DNA of 64,000 nucleotides from Thalia democratica (Eukaryota): NCBI GenBank assembly GCA_965202585.1, contig OZ241830.1, positions 63,550,001 to 63,614,000 of the forward strand, read 5' to 3'. Shown piece by piece: positions 1 to 18,600 of this stretch (position 1 is its first letter; each line of letters starts with the position of its first letter). The notes under the pieces were generated by a model. It saw only the letters and a program-made list of their open reading frames with translations, ran no database searches and was not told where the DNA came from. The position numbers and the translations under genes were made by a program.

Positions 1-404
1 GCTAACACTTATGATATATTACAAAATTAATTCATTACAATAACCATGCAAAGCAAATAAAGTTTAAAAAGGTTTAAAATCAAAACTACCAGTTAAGTTC
101 AAATTTCTCATAATAAACGTCTTAGTTTACCCACGTAGAATTAAATGCTTTATTATAGTACGAAAGTGTTTTTTTTTTTTCATTTAATTTAGGTGTTTTA
201 GTTGAAATTTATGTTTGTCTTACACCCAATAATATTACGTCATTATATAGTCTCATTAAGTATATAATGTTTCTTTAAATTTTAGTAATATATGCTTTAA
301 GTGTCCAAATGTATGGATGAAGAGCTTCTTTTAATGTTTTATTATAAACCATTCACGTTCTTGTTTTTTCATTTTTGTTCGTAATTTAGTTTACTATTTG
401 GTTG

Positions 405-659
405 GTTTGATTTTGGATGCATTAATCAATAAGAGTTATAATGTGGAATGGGTAATTTTACTTACATCTAAACGTTAGATATTTAGAAATCTATGCATGT
501 GTTTATTTAAGTGAAGCAGTTATTTACAAATTTAATATTTTTTTCCTTTAATTTTACTTCATAACGTAACTCATTCTACAAGTAATCCTACTTTGAATTA
601 TCTTATCTAATTACTCTACATCTAATTTAATTAAAAATTATGTGTATTGCCAATATAAA
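405..659 (+). repeat. ~255-bp direct repeat, first copy (partner at 5498-5753)
   Basis: gtttgattttggatgcatta...gtgtattgccaatataaa occurs twice per unit, 5.1 kb apart, with scattered substitutions. Confidence 0.92.
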
Positions 660-899
660 ATTCAATTGAATAAAGCAAATGTTCCCTATATCTGGTTTTT
701 AAACTTCTGCAACGTACTTGTTTAAACGAATTGCTTACCTTACAAATTATTTACTAGAGATTTTAGTTTTAAATGAACCAAATTTTAATAAGCATTTAGC
801 GTTCAATTGACGTATTTTTGTATTTCATACATAATGGTTTTGTATAAGTTGTATTTTTGGAAAATATGTCAATAATGTTGAAAACATTAAAATAAGTAC

Positions 900-1260
900 T
901 ACATTTTGAGTTTTATGAAGTCTAAGCTGTTTGGTTTAACAATGCCTCTAAGTATTATATATGTTTCCATAAGTAAAACAGTTAACAAAATCCTATGTTA
1001 TGTTTTATTGTACATCTTTTCTTAACGATTCTGAGTTTGACTATTCATACTTCTTCTGTTTATCACCAATATAAAACTTGATTAGGCAAATGTTTATTAA
1101 TTCTCGTTTTTAAATGTCTGCGAGTTTTACAAATGTAACTACTTCGTTGTAGCATTCATTGTAAACAATGTAGTTTTTTTATTGGATAAGTATTGGCTTT
1201 TTACAAAACTTGGAAATGGTTCAAAAAGGAGTTTTAATAATGCTTTATTTCTTCCCTCTC
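900..1260 (-). mobile_element. Probable decayed Penelope-like retroelement GIY-YIG endonuclease remnant (core 1140-1084; also 30149-30093 and 57904-57848)
   Basis: The minus strand reads KKNYIVYNEC, then after a frameshift SYICKTRRHLKTRINKHLP, and later YLEALL. This resembles the PLE pattern VVY.F.C..C...YIG.T.R.L..RI.EH.P ... ILEA..I. It contains several stops and a frameshift. Confidence 0.5.
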
Positions 1261-3456
1261 AACGAAATTAGATCATATTTTAGTTAATGTTTCACTGTGG
1301 AAATTTTTAAAAGTTTGTGTATAAAAATGTTAGTATGGTTTCTTATGAATTTATACTATAGTTTATCTATAAGTCTGATTTGTTATTATACTTTAAATTT
1401 ATTATTTCATAATTTAATTCTACTTTGATAAATCTCGGTTAAAAAGTGGTTTCTGAATTTAAAAGTATGTTTTACCCAATGATTTAATTTACCTTAGCAA
1501 TACTAAAGCTTTTATTTACCACTTCATTGTTTTGTTGTTGTTGTTACAGTAAAACTGTTTTAAGGTTTGTTTAAAAATTAATCTACGGGTTTTCTTTAAT
1601 TAATGTTGTTTGTGTATAAGTCTATTTTGCTGTTATATTATGTTTTTTATTGTTTCGTAATCTACATCTGGCCCAAGGTTAAGTAAAGACTGAATATAGT
1701 TATGTATATTTATATTTAAAATGATTTTGTATGTTTTGGAAATCTAATAAGGTCGTTAAAGGTAGGATAAACATTGATTTATAAGTGAATAAAACTCTTG
1801 GATTAACTAAAATATATGTTCCACTCTTACCGATTTTAAATTGTATCGAATTTCGCATTTTTAGATAACATATGATTTCTTATGACTGTCAAGTTATTTA
1901 AACTTTTGTTCAACCTGAACTAGTAGTGTTTGTTATTGAGAGTTAATGCTGTTTCGTATTTAATTCTACTAACAGCCCAAAGCTAATTAAATACTTAACA
2001 GAATTTTATTATTTAACATATAGGTTTAAACTAAATGTAAAACTTAATGTTTTATAGTATATATCCTTGGTGTTGTACTATGAGTGGTATAGTTTTATAG
2101 TAGACAACCTTGGTATTATTCTATAAGTAACACAACAGTTTTGCGTTGTAGTTTAATTTATCAGTATCTATTGTAATTCATATTGTTAAATTACTTCATT
2201 TTATTTAATGCTAAGTCTCATAAATAGCAAATAAATTTTTAGTTTAGTATTTAACTATCTTGTAGACTGTTTGTTTATAAAAGTTAGTTAAAAGTTGTTC
2301 ATGTCACTATTTTAATTTAATTACAATTAGCCATACTACGTGTTATTTGTTTTACTTAAAATTTATACCACATGGATTTATTTGACAACAATAAAAACAA
2401 TTTTTTAACAATTTTAAAACAGTTATTGTAAATAAATTTGTTAGAGTTAGACTTTAGATATTATAATTTAGTGCGAAATATGTCATATAAGTATCAAATG
2501 ATAAAACAAGAGTTACTAACTAAAATAACTGTCATTCCAAATATATCACAGTTTGTCTATTTTTAATGTTCAAGTACACCTATAAGTCTTGTTTTCGCGT
2601 ATACTTAAAGTTAATTATGTCACTAATTCAGTTTAATTACAATTTATACTACTTGTTAATATTTAAACAAGCCTTAGCTCTATATCACCATTATAAGTAA
2701 TTGACAACATAGACAACATTATTAATGTTTAAGTAACTAATAAAGGTTAAATTATTTTTATTTTTTATCTTTTTTATTATTTCTTGGTTTAAAGCTTTTA
2801 ATAAAGTTTAGGTTTTAAAATAGACATCATATTAATGTTAGTAAACTAGTAAACTGTCCATTTTATTAGTCACTTAATTACAAATTATTACCCAAAGGCT
2901 TTTAAATGTTCTTAAGTGTTAAGATGACGTAACAATCAAGTTACCTGACTTTAGTTTTATTTATTCATTCGCTTTTTGTACTAAAACATTATCAAGTCTA
3001 TTTTTATCTTTCCTATAAACTGTTTAGATTCTATCTTTAAAATGAGGAAGTTTTCTAGCTATTCATGACAATCAAAACCTTGTAAAAATCTACTTAAACT
3101 TGCATTAAATGATAATAATAATAACAATATACTTACTTTACGTTTATCAAAGTTTAAACCTATAACTTATCTTACTAGTTACTAATGAACTAATGATATA
3201 TATTGTCTTGAAGTTAACTGTCTTTGAAAGGTATAAAAAGCATCAAAGTGTGTCTAATGTTGTATTTATATACTTTTTTTAAATTCATCCATGGTACTGT
3301 GCTTATTCCAATAAAATATTTTGGGTCTCATTGATAGTTGTCAAGCTTTTTATTTTAGGCATAAGCGCTACAAACTTGTAAACAATTTAACAATATAATA
3401 AACTAAATAAGTTATATTCATTTAAATTATAATGCTCGAAAACATGTTGTTTTCAT

Positions 3457-3540
3457 GTGGAATGATGGCGTAAAGGTCATCTCTCGTGTCTTTCGGTACA
3501 GAGACCCGAGTTCGAGCCCTCGCTGCGTAACATTTCACCA
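3457..3540 (+). pseudogene. Decayed tRNA-Gln-like sequence or SINE head (also 32471-32554 and 60223-60306)
   Basis: A-box-like TGGCGTAAAGG and B-box GTTCGAGCCC. The core aligns without gaps to the eukaryotic tRNA-Gln core as I recall it (ATGGTGTAATGGTTAGCACTCTGGACTTTGAATCCAGCGATCCGAGTTC). The anticodon stem is unpaired and the anticodon position differs between copies (TTC vs TTT). Confidence 0.65.
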
Positions 3541-4830
3541 ACATAATTTCTTTCATTTTAAACTTTGTTAGCTTAGTTGTAGTTCTTATTTTTTAGTTGA
3601 TGGATCAATTTATATTCAAGTGTGTAACTCATAAACACTTTAATTTCAGAATTGTTTTAAAATACCGAAAAATATTAATTAAATTAAGATATATACTGGC
3701 GTTTACATAGACAAACTTTTTGATTTGGTAACATTTAAATTCATATCTTTATTTTTGCTTTGTACAATGTTAGTCTGTTTCGAGTAAAGGTTAATGATAT
3801 AATATATTAACACCAATAACAGCTTGTTCAAATGTATAGTTTTTTTTACGATTCTTTATGATTGCATTTTGATGGTTTGTTTTTAGCTAAGAATCTACAC
3901 TTAAAATAGTAAACACTTTATTTATCGAAATCATAGTCACCAAATGGTAATAAACTTTTTTTTTTGGTTTTATTTTACTTTTGGTTGCAAAACTGTTACT
4001 AATAAGTTTGTAAGTCTTAGTGATCCTAAAACTATGTTCTTTTTCGATTAGTTCATTAAGTTGGTTTTAATTAAAAATTTATGGGTCAGCGTAAACAGCA
4101 TATGCTTGTTAAATATGCAATCGATAAATACTTTTCTGTTGGATGTCTATTTAAAGTTTTAAATATTTAAGAAACTCATGAATCAGAAATCACAAGCTGT
4201 AAGCTTCAGTAACACACAAGGATCTAATCTTTATCAACGCCGATATGAAGTCGCAATTGAACAACTTTAGAAAAAAATAACTATTTTTGGTTATACTAAA
4301 ATACTTTAGATTTTACAACCATTAAAGAAAAACAAATTATAATAAAAAAAATTATCATAAAAATAAGTTAAGTTTGTTAAATTCCACAATAAGTTTAAAT
4401 CAGTTTAAATCTTAAAAGCTACTTCTTTTATTTCAATTAAAGAGCAAACTTATTTATTTAAATTTTTTACTTTTCCTACTATATCATTTTAAACTTGATC
4501 CTTTTAAAATAGATTAGAGATGGGTAACGTTTTGTATTTATACTATTTTATATGGTATTGTATACTTATTTGTCTATTAGTTTAGTATCTATAATATTTC
4601 AGCGCATGTAGCCCTTTTTGGTAAAAAACACTGTTTTAAATTTGTTTTTACTTTCAATGTTAGTTTGAAACTTAAACTTACATATTAGCGTGAACACATC
4701 TCTAACATTAAAATTCTAGTTTGAATAATACCTTGAAAACAGAAAGTCCTCCAATTAAAGGGACACGCTTCGTTCCGACCCTAGCAAAATTCCCACCTTT
4801 ATATTCCTCGAATCAAATAAGCTGACAAGC

Positions 4831-4907
4831 AGTCCGGTGGCCGAGTTTTTAAGGCGGTGAAATCGCAATCCATATTTAATGTGTTCAAATCCGACATTTG
4901 TCAGACT
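4831..4907 (+). pseudogene. Decayed tRNA-Ser-like sequence (also 33844-33920 and 61597-61673)
   Basis: GTGGCCGAGTttTTAAGGCG D-arm and AATCCAT match the eukaryotic tRNA-Ser pattern. B-box GTTC(A/G)AATCC, partial acceptor pairing agtc/gact, and a T5 run at 4907-4911. The invariant D-loop GG is lost and the variable arm is collapsed. Confidence 0.65.
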
Positions 4908-5217
4908 TTTTGGTTTCTAACCTGTCAATTTAAAATTACTTGCGAGATGTTATTCTGTGTGTATGTATAAATAGAACTTTAAACTATTTTTAAATAACAA
5001 TTTAATGGTTAACTATAATTAATAAAATAAAAATTATCAATGTTTAAATTTGCCTCTTAGGCTAGTTGTTTATTTTTGAAGTTTTGATTTTTATTTTAGT
5101 TGACAAGTTATATTTAAATATAGTTAAACTAAACTTTTTATGGTAGTCAGTTTTTTTCCCAAGGTAAAATGTTCACTATTTATTTCTTTGCAAAAACTTA
5201 AGTTAAGTTACAAACGA

Positions 5218-5494
5218 GATTCATTCAAATTTCTTTAAGCCTTTTTTTTTTGATAACAGCGTACTATTCATTATAAATATAAAGTTTAATTTAGACCTCA
5301 AGTTAAACAATTTACGATATACAATCAAGCATCACAAAATAACCTTTAAATTTAAATTAAATTACAAACAGGATTCATTCAAATTGCTTTAAGCACATTT
5401 ATTTTATAATAACATACTATTCATTGTAAATATAAAGTTTAATTATGACCTCAAATTAAACAAATTATAAGATGCTCCATAATCAAGTATCACA
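5218..5494 (+). repeat. Diverged two-unit tandem repeat, period ~154 bp
   Basis: gattcattcaaatt...aatcaag(c/t)atcaca begins at 5218 and at 5372. Confidence 0.85.
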
Positions 5495-5497
5495 GTA

Positions 5498-5753
5498 GTT
5501 TGATTTTGGATGCATTACTTAATAAGAGTTATAATGTGGAATGGGTAATTTTACTTACATCTAAACGTTAGATCTTTAGAAATCTATGCATGTGTTTGTT
5601 TAAGTGAAGCAGTTGTTTACAAATTTAGTATTTCTTTCCTTTATTTTTACTTTATAACGTAACTCATTCTACAAGTAATCCTACTTTGAGTTATCTTATC
5701 TAATTACTCTACATCTAATTTAATTAAAAAACTATGTGTATTGCCAATATAAA
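5498..5753 (+). repeat. ~255-bp direct repeat, second copy, ending about 220 bp before the first retained ABCC exon
   Basis: Matches 405-659. Present at 34506-34761 and about 62258-62492; the latter has a 21-bp deletion flanked by gca microhomology. Confidence 0.92.
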
Positions 5754-5982
5754 TAAATATTTTTTTTCGCTTATAACAGACTAGTGTAGTTTTTTATAAT
5801 AATACAAACTTCTCTAATTTTTCTCTACTTAAAAAAAACACATTTTTTTTGCTTACAGATACTTTTACCCGCTTATAATTAATTCGTAATATTAAAAGTT
5901 GTCCTGTTTGTTTCTTATTCTTTGAAAACTTCTTTAATATACTAAAATTAGAAATACTAAATTAGTTTTCTTTTAGTTATAA

Positions 5983-12584
<6,602 letters not shown>

Positions 12585-15500
12585 AAATAAAATAACATAC
12601 TTGCCATTATGTTTTTTTTTCGAATTATATACTATCTTTTAAATTTTTGTTGATAAAAGTTTATAAACTTTTAACTTTTCTTTTAATTCTTTGTAACCAG
12701 CTAACTTTTGTGCTTACAAATCTAAAAAGAAAAATTATGTGCATTCCAAGAGCAAAACTCCCTGTTAAAATGCAACGGACCTATTTTTTGCCCTTTACCA
12801 TTAACTCCATAAATCTAACATGAAATTCAAAAGGAGTTTTAAGCACCCTTAAATTTTTGTGCAAATCAAAATAAACTTTATGCACACTGTGGAGACCACT
12901 AACCTAAATAACTTTTTTCGACATTTAAAAAATTTTGTAGCTAAACCTAAAGTTGAGTAACTAAAGAGTAACTTGCTTGTTTAGTTAACTCATTTTTGTT
13001 TATATTATACTAGCGAAATTACAAACTCGTATAAAAGTAGTTTATATTATCTTGAAAGTATGTTTTAATCAAAACTTAAACGATTGAGTAAACGTCGTAA
13101 TATTGTATATTGAAAATAATACTTTATCTTTTAGTAATTTTTTAATTATTAATATTAAACAACTTAACTTTTTTACTTAGTGTAATCAGAATATTAATGT
13201 CTTTACGGTTGTACTTTTTTTTACTTATTTTTAGCTGTTTATAACTTAGCTTTATCTAAAATTTTTATTATTGTAATATACCAAGTTTTTTTTAAACAAG
13301 TTAATAGTTCTATGTTTTTAATTATACAAAACAAACACTTTAAAAAATTTGACAGTTTTTCATCTTTGATTTTGACTTAATATGTTTATTTTCTTGCTTA
13401 TATTTCTACCATCGAAAATGTGTCTTAGATTTATTTTGTAATTATGTACAGTACAGTGATAAAGATAACATTTAGAAACTTGATAGCAATGTCTTAGTTA
13501 AAGAGCTACAATTTAATTTTTTTTAAACAGTTGATCAACTTAGAAATTTTTTTAAACATGTTTCTATATAAGTAGTTGTTTAACAAATAAATAAACCTTT
13601 ATGTTTAGTAAGAATTTATTATCGTAAAATACCTAAAGCTTAAGATAAAGTTTTTCAGTCAATAAACTTAAAACATATTTTGCAAAACCATTTAGTTTTG
13701 TAAAACTATTTTATTGCTTGTAGCTTAGCGATTATGGTATTTTAAGGTTTCAAAACATGAGTATAATTAAAAAAAAATTTTAGACTGTATATGTCAAACA
13801 AAATCTAAAAAAATTGTACGATTTATGATAGTTTTAAAATATTAGTTTTGTATGGTACAAATTATTAATGGCTTAAACTTCCGTCAAAATTTCAATATAA
13901 GTAAGAATATTCTAAACGTGAAGGGTGAGCTAAGCAGGGCTTTGTAGACAAACTTATGTATATCTCAAAACATATTAAATATGTACTGTTAGTAAACGGT
14001 TTGACATATTCTATTAATAATAAATTTTGTTTAACTTTTCATATTAGCTTTTTTAATTAAAAAATGCATCGTTTATCTTACTTTATTAATTTTTTAAATT
14101 TATTATAATTTAACAAAATTTAAATATTTTTAAGTTAATTTTAGCCTTTTTTTTACAACGAATTGTTTAATATAATAGCACAGATTAAAAGTACATACAA
14201 CTGTTAATAGTAACTTATAGCAGTACTATTTGAAACTCAAGCTAAAAAGTAGAAACAGTATGGTCTTGTATTTAACTTATTTAATTACAAGTATGACAGA
14301 CTTAAAGTTTATAATGTAGTCATTTTTACTTACACTGGTAACAATATTTAAATCAATATTTGAACTTTTAGTTTAAGGGCCAAGACTCCTTTTTAAATAA
14401 TTTTGTATCTGAATTTGAACATCATACAAATTCAAATTACAAAAAGTACATAGTAAGTAGATAATTTTTATTAACAGTTTGACCTTACACAGTTTATTAG
14501 GTAGATAGTTATAGCTCTAAGGTTTTAACTTATTATTTCTAGCATTTATTAATTCTTTAAGAACAAAAATGGATGTTTTGTATAAATCTTAATGTATAAA
14601 AACTGGTTTCAGTTGATACTGTACAATTTAATACACCTTAAGTGAACTACTTTGTAACTTTAACGTTTGTTTACTTTGCGCGTTATTGGTTTGTATACAA
14701 CTAAGATGATAAAACAACAAATTTAACTAAACATTTTTTTACGTTAGAAAAAAACCTAATACTATTATTAATTAGATTAAGTTTTGTACAAAGTCTGTTT
14801 TTATTGTTTTTTTAAGAAAATATATATAGATATATATAGACATATATAGAAAATGTTTCGAAATAAAAATTATTCAGTATAAACCATTTTTTTTCCTTTA
14901 TTCAAGGTTTTGGATACTTTATAAGTTTGTGAAAAAGAACTATATTTATGCGACTACTTTTTATGATATTATTAATGTTGTTAATCAAATAAATACAAAG
15001 AAAAATAATATAAATAAAGAACATCATAGGTTTCGACTTATATTTTTATCAAATATTCACAAAACTACTTTATTTTATTTTTAGTATTACCTGTTAAAAA
15101 CCCCATTGTCTAATAATAAATGTTTCGATTTGCTTAAATTAAGTTGAAGTTGTGCTTAAATTAAGTTTTGAACATTATTTAACAAATATTTAACATCATT
15201 AAACAGACTTATATAAACAGGTTTTTCTTTAGTATTAATTATTTACTTTGACTAAACATATTTTAGATTTAAATCGTGTTTTTTTAAATAAAACTTGCTA
15301 ATAGTTTTCTATTTAAAAACACTTCAAATAATATCATTTACGCTTTTAGGACTAGTTAAACTTGTTGAAAATAAGATTATGTTAACTGTTTATAACGACA
15401 GTTATTTTATAGCTTAACCAGTATTTTTCATCAAAATCAAAATATATATTAAACCGCTTGAAATAATACTTACTTGAAAATGTAATAAATACCAAAACAA

Positions 15501-15633
15501 GCTAATATAAGATATATATACTTAAATATCAATATTTTATGTCTTCGAAATCAATGAATAAACTTTATTAAATAAGGTTATTAGTAATTATTTATTGAAT
15601 CAATTCAATTTGACATAAACATAAATCTCAAAA

Positions 15634-18600
15634 CTATATATCTTCAAAATCAATTTTCTTAAGCAGCCTCTCCAACTTGGTCACGGTCCACTTGATTTTT
15701 TTCAGCAGCTTCTTGTCTTCTTCCAACACCTCCTTCTTATCGGTCTTTTTCGGCAGATCCTTCAACTTACTCACCAAATCCTTCGTCTTCTTAACGACTT
15801 CCTTCTTCTTCAGATCCTTGGTTTTCTTCACCTCCTTGTCCCTAATTTTCTTGACGAGATCCTTCTTCACTTGAAGATCTTTGGTAATCTTATGTTCAAC
15901 ATCAATACCATGTTCAATTGCAACAGTTGTCTGGTTGGTTGCCACGGGAGTCGTCGTTGTGACGGTGGCGCCCTTGCCAACGCAAACCTGACCCGCGGGG
16001 CACTGGCTCATGGAAGCCCCTCTCGTGTACGGGAATCTCCCCATCCAGTTACCGGCAGGCCCGTAGTTGCAAACTACGTACTTGGCGTTTTTGTAGGTGC
16101 TTGTGGACCTTTCTCTTCTCAGCAGGGGGCACAACTTGATGGCGCATCCGACTGCGTAGCTGGAATGCCACACAATCTGTGAAAAAAAAAATAAATTGAT
16201 GTTTAATTTAGTTAACAAATTTTATAAAGTGTTTAAGGTTAAAGTAGCAATGAAAATCTAAAAATGTTAACTTTCTTTCGGTTTAAAAATAATTAATAAT
16301 ATTTACCGTTTAGTTTCTGTGACGTGTTAACAAGTAAGAAGTTAAACTCAAAGTAATTATGCAAATTAAAATCATTTTCTAAACTGTAACGTATGAATAA
16401 TGAGTGTATAATTATCATTTAAGATTTAAATAAATTTAAATACTTTTATAGAAGAAAATTTGTGCATGTAAAGTTCCTTTTTATGTCTCCTTTTTAAGTT
16501 TTTAGTTGTGATTTCATAAGCTAATAATCTATGAAGTTGTAAATGTAAATAATGTTTTTATAAAACTTAGGTTCGATTTATATTTTTTTGATAGTTTCCA
16601 CATTGTAATACTTTTTTTGAGTACACTTACAACATGAAAGTTTACTTGTTTAACTGGACTCATGTAAATATGTTTCAAACAAACCTGAGTGTAATGTCCA
16701 CATTTCTTACCGGGTTTGCACTTTCTAGTGTAGTAATTGTAATCTTTATATTCTTCACCCCAAAGCATGATTGCTCTTTCTATGTTTTCCTGTTTATGGT
16801 TTCTTATTACCAACATATAGTTTATTTCAAATTAAATTTTTTTAAAGTTTGTATTTATAGACTAGTTCGTATATTTGAAACTGATTTTTTTTTTCAATGC
16901 TTAACTTTTAAACAAAGTATAACACTAAGCCTATAAGGTTTGTTAAAATTAGTGATGTACCGGACTCACTATCCGGGTCCGGCCGGATATTGCCATTTTT
17001 GTCTGATATCCGGATCCGGCCGGATTCTAATTTGAAAAAAAAGTCCGGATCCGGTTCCGGCCGGACTCTATTTTGAAAAAAAAGTCCGGGTCCGGTTCCG
17101 GCCGGATTCTAATTTGAAAAAAAAGTCCGGATCCGGGTCCGGCCGGATCCTAACAGAGATCCGGCCGGACCCGGATCTAGTTAGTAAAAAAGAGCATACT
17201 GAAAAGTATTTTTTCAAAAACAAACCCTGTGTAAATTAATAAGAGTCATTTTCGTCAGTTAAAATTAAACACCTACCGGGGTTGGCTCATTCTGTTCCAA
17301 GACTAATTTACATTTGTTTACATTTGAACTTAAAAATAATCATTTCATAAATGCAACTCTTTACATATCTTGTAAAATTAAAAGCTTTGGAATGAATACT
17401 TGCATTATTTATTGTTTTAAGTTGTGCTCAGAGAATATTTAGAGTTAATACATTAATGTACGAGCAAATGAGAATCATATGACAAAATGTTCCAAACTAA
17501 ATACTGATGCAACAAAACATCAGAAAATGACAGGTAGTTTATATGTAAGCAGTTAGTTAGTTTAGTGTGCAGCTTGAAGCAACAAAATATCTTGAACTTT
17601 TTTGTGAATACTTATTGTAAGTAGTGTTTTGTTTTAAAAGTGAATATTTCAACTGGTGTTTAATTGTTTAAATATTTAAGCCAGGTTTAAAGTTTAATAG
17701 TATATTAAAAATTTTACAGTTTCTTGTTTACTAAAAGTTTTATTTAATTTTTAGTTTGTTGTTTTAAGTCTTTTGATATAGATTTAAATAGCTTCCAGTT
17801 TTTAAAGTGTTACCAAAGTAATTAATAATTTTGTATATGCTAGTATTTCTTGTTGTGTTTTATATAAAAGATTCATCACTCAAAACTGTCATGTCTGATT
17901 ATAGAAAGTAGTCTCAGTTAGAATTTAGTATTTGTTAGATATTAATTAAATAAGGTAGGATTTAATTATGATGGGTAGTACTAATAAGTTAAGTGTACCA
18001 CAATCAGTCCACAACTTTATTACCAAATTGTCAATCTTTGCTAGCTGTTCTACTGATTATTAGATTAAAGTATTTTTTTCAGTTTTTAAAAACCTCATTC
18101 TGACTTATGCTTGTTTATACTCACTCTAGCTAGTTTTATTGACTTAAACAGTGGCAACCCTGCTAGTTTGAAAATTTTTGGGAAATTTAGAAAATCTTGG
18201 ACTGCCTTAGGCTAGTTTAGTTTTTTATAAAAACTCAGGCTAGTTTTCTTTTAGATTTTGAATGAGTTTGAGCTGATCCAGCTTTCAATATCTTGTATTT
18301 TTCTAGTGTATTTTGTTCCAGAACTTGATTTCAGATTTTTAATTGTAAATAAGACCTAAATTTGTAAACCTTGTGGCTAGCTGTTCTACTTATTATTATA
18401 TTAAAGTTCTTTTTTTTTCAGTTTTTAAAAACCTCATTCTGACTTAGGCTAGTTTATACTAGTGATGTACCGGACTCACTATCCGGGTCCGGCCGGATAT
18501 TGCCATTTTTGTCTGATATCCGGATCCGGCCGGATTCTAATTTGAAAAAAAAGTCCGGATCCGGTTCCGGCCGGACTCTAATTTGAAAAAAAAGTCCGGG

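Noticed and set aside
3457-4907. Functional tRNA genes
   Set aside because: Anticodon and T stems are mispaired, the D-loop GG is lost in the Ser-like unit, and the anticodon position differs among copies.
405-5753. LTR retrotransposon interpretation of the 255-bp direct repeats
   Set aside because: No TG...CA ends, TSD, primer-binding site, polypurine tract or gag/pol remnants were seen.
5859-5885. 27-nt micro-exon after a strong acceptor (gcttacag) upstream of ABCC
   Set aside because: The only frame open in copy 1 has a TAG in copies 2 and 3, the donor is weak, and the peptide does not resemble NBD1. At most it is a non-coding exon.
14820-14850. TA-rich and GTT microsatellites (14820-14850, about 19521-19540, about 1530-1546)
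   Set aside because: Ordinary slippage-prone simple repeats; their length variation between copies is expected.
15677-16182. Plus-strand ORFs 15677-15874 and 15871-16182 (and 44617-44853, 44850-45161)
   Set aside because: Antisense shadows of the CAP last exon, with non-ATG starts or low-complexity Phe/Ser content.
16990-17160. CRISPR-like regularly spaced repeats (also 18500-18700)
   Set aside because: The intervening sequences are near-identical rather than unique spacers, no cas genes are present, and the repeats lie inside hAT TIRs with a TSD in eukaryotic DNA.
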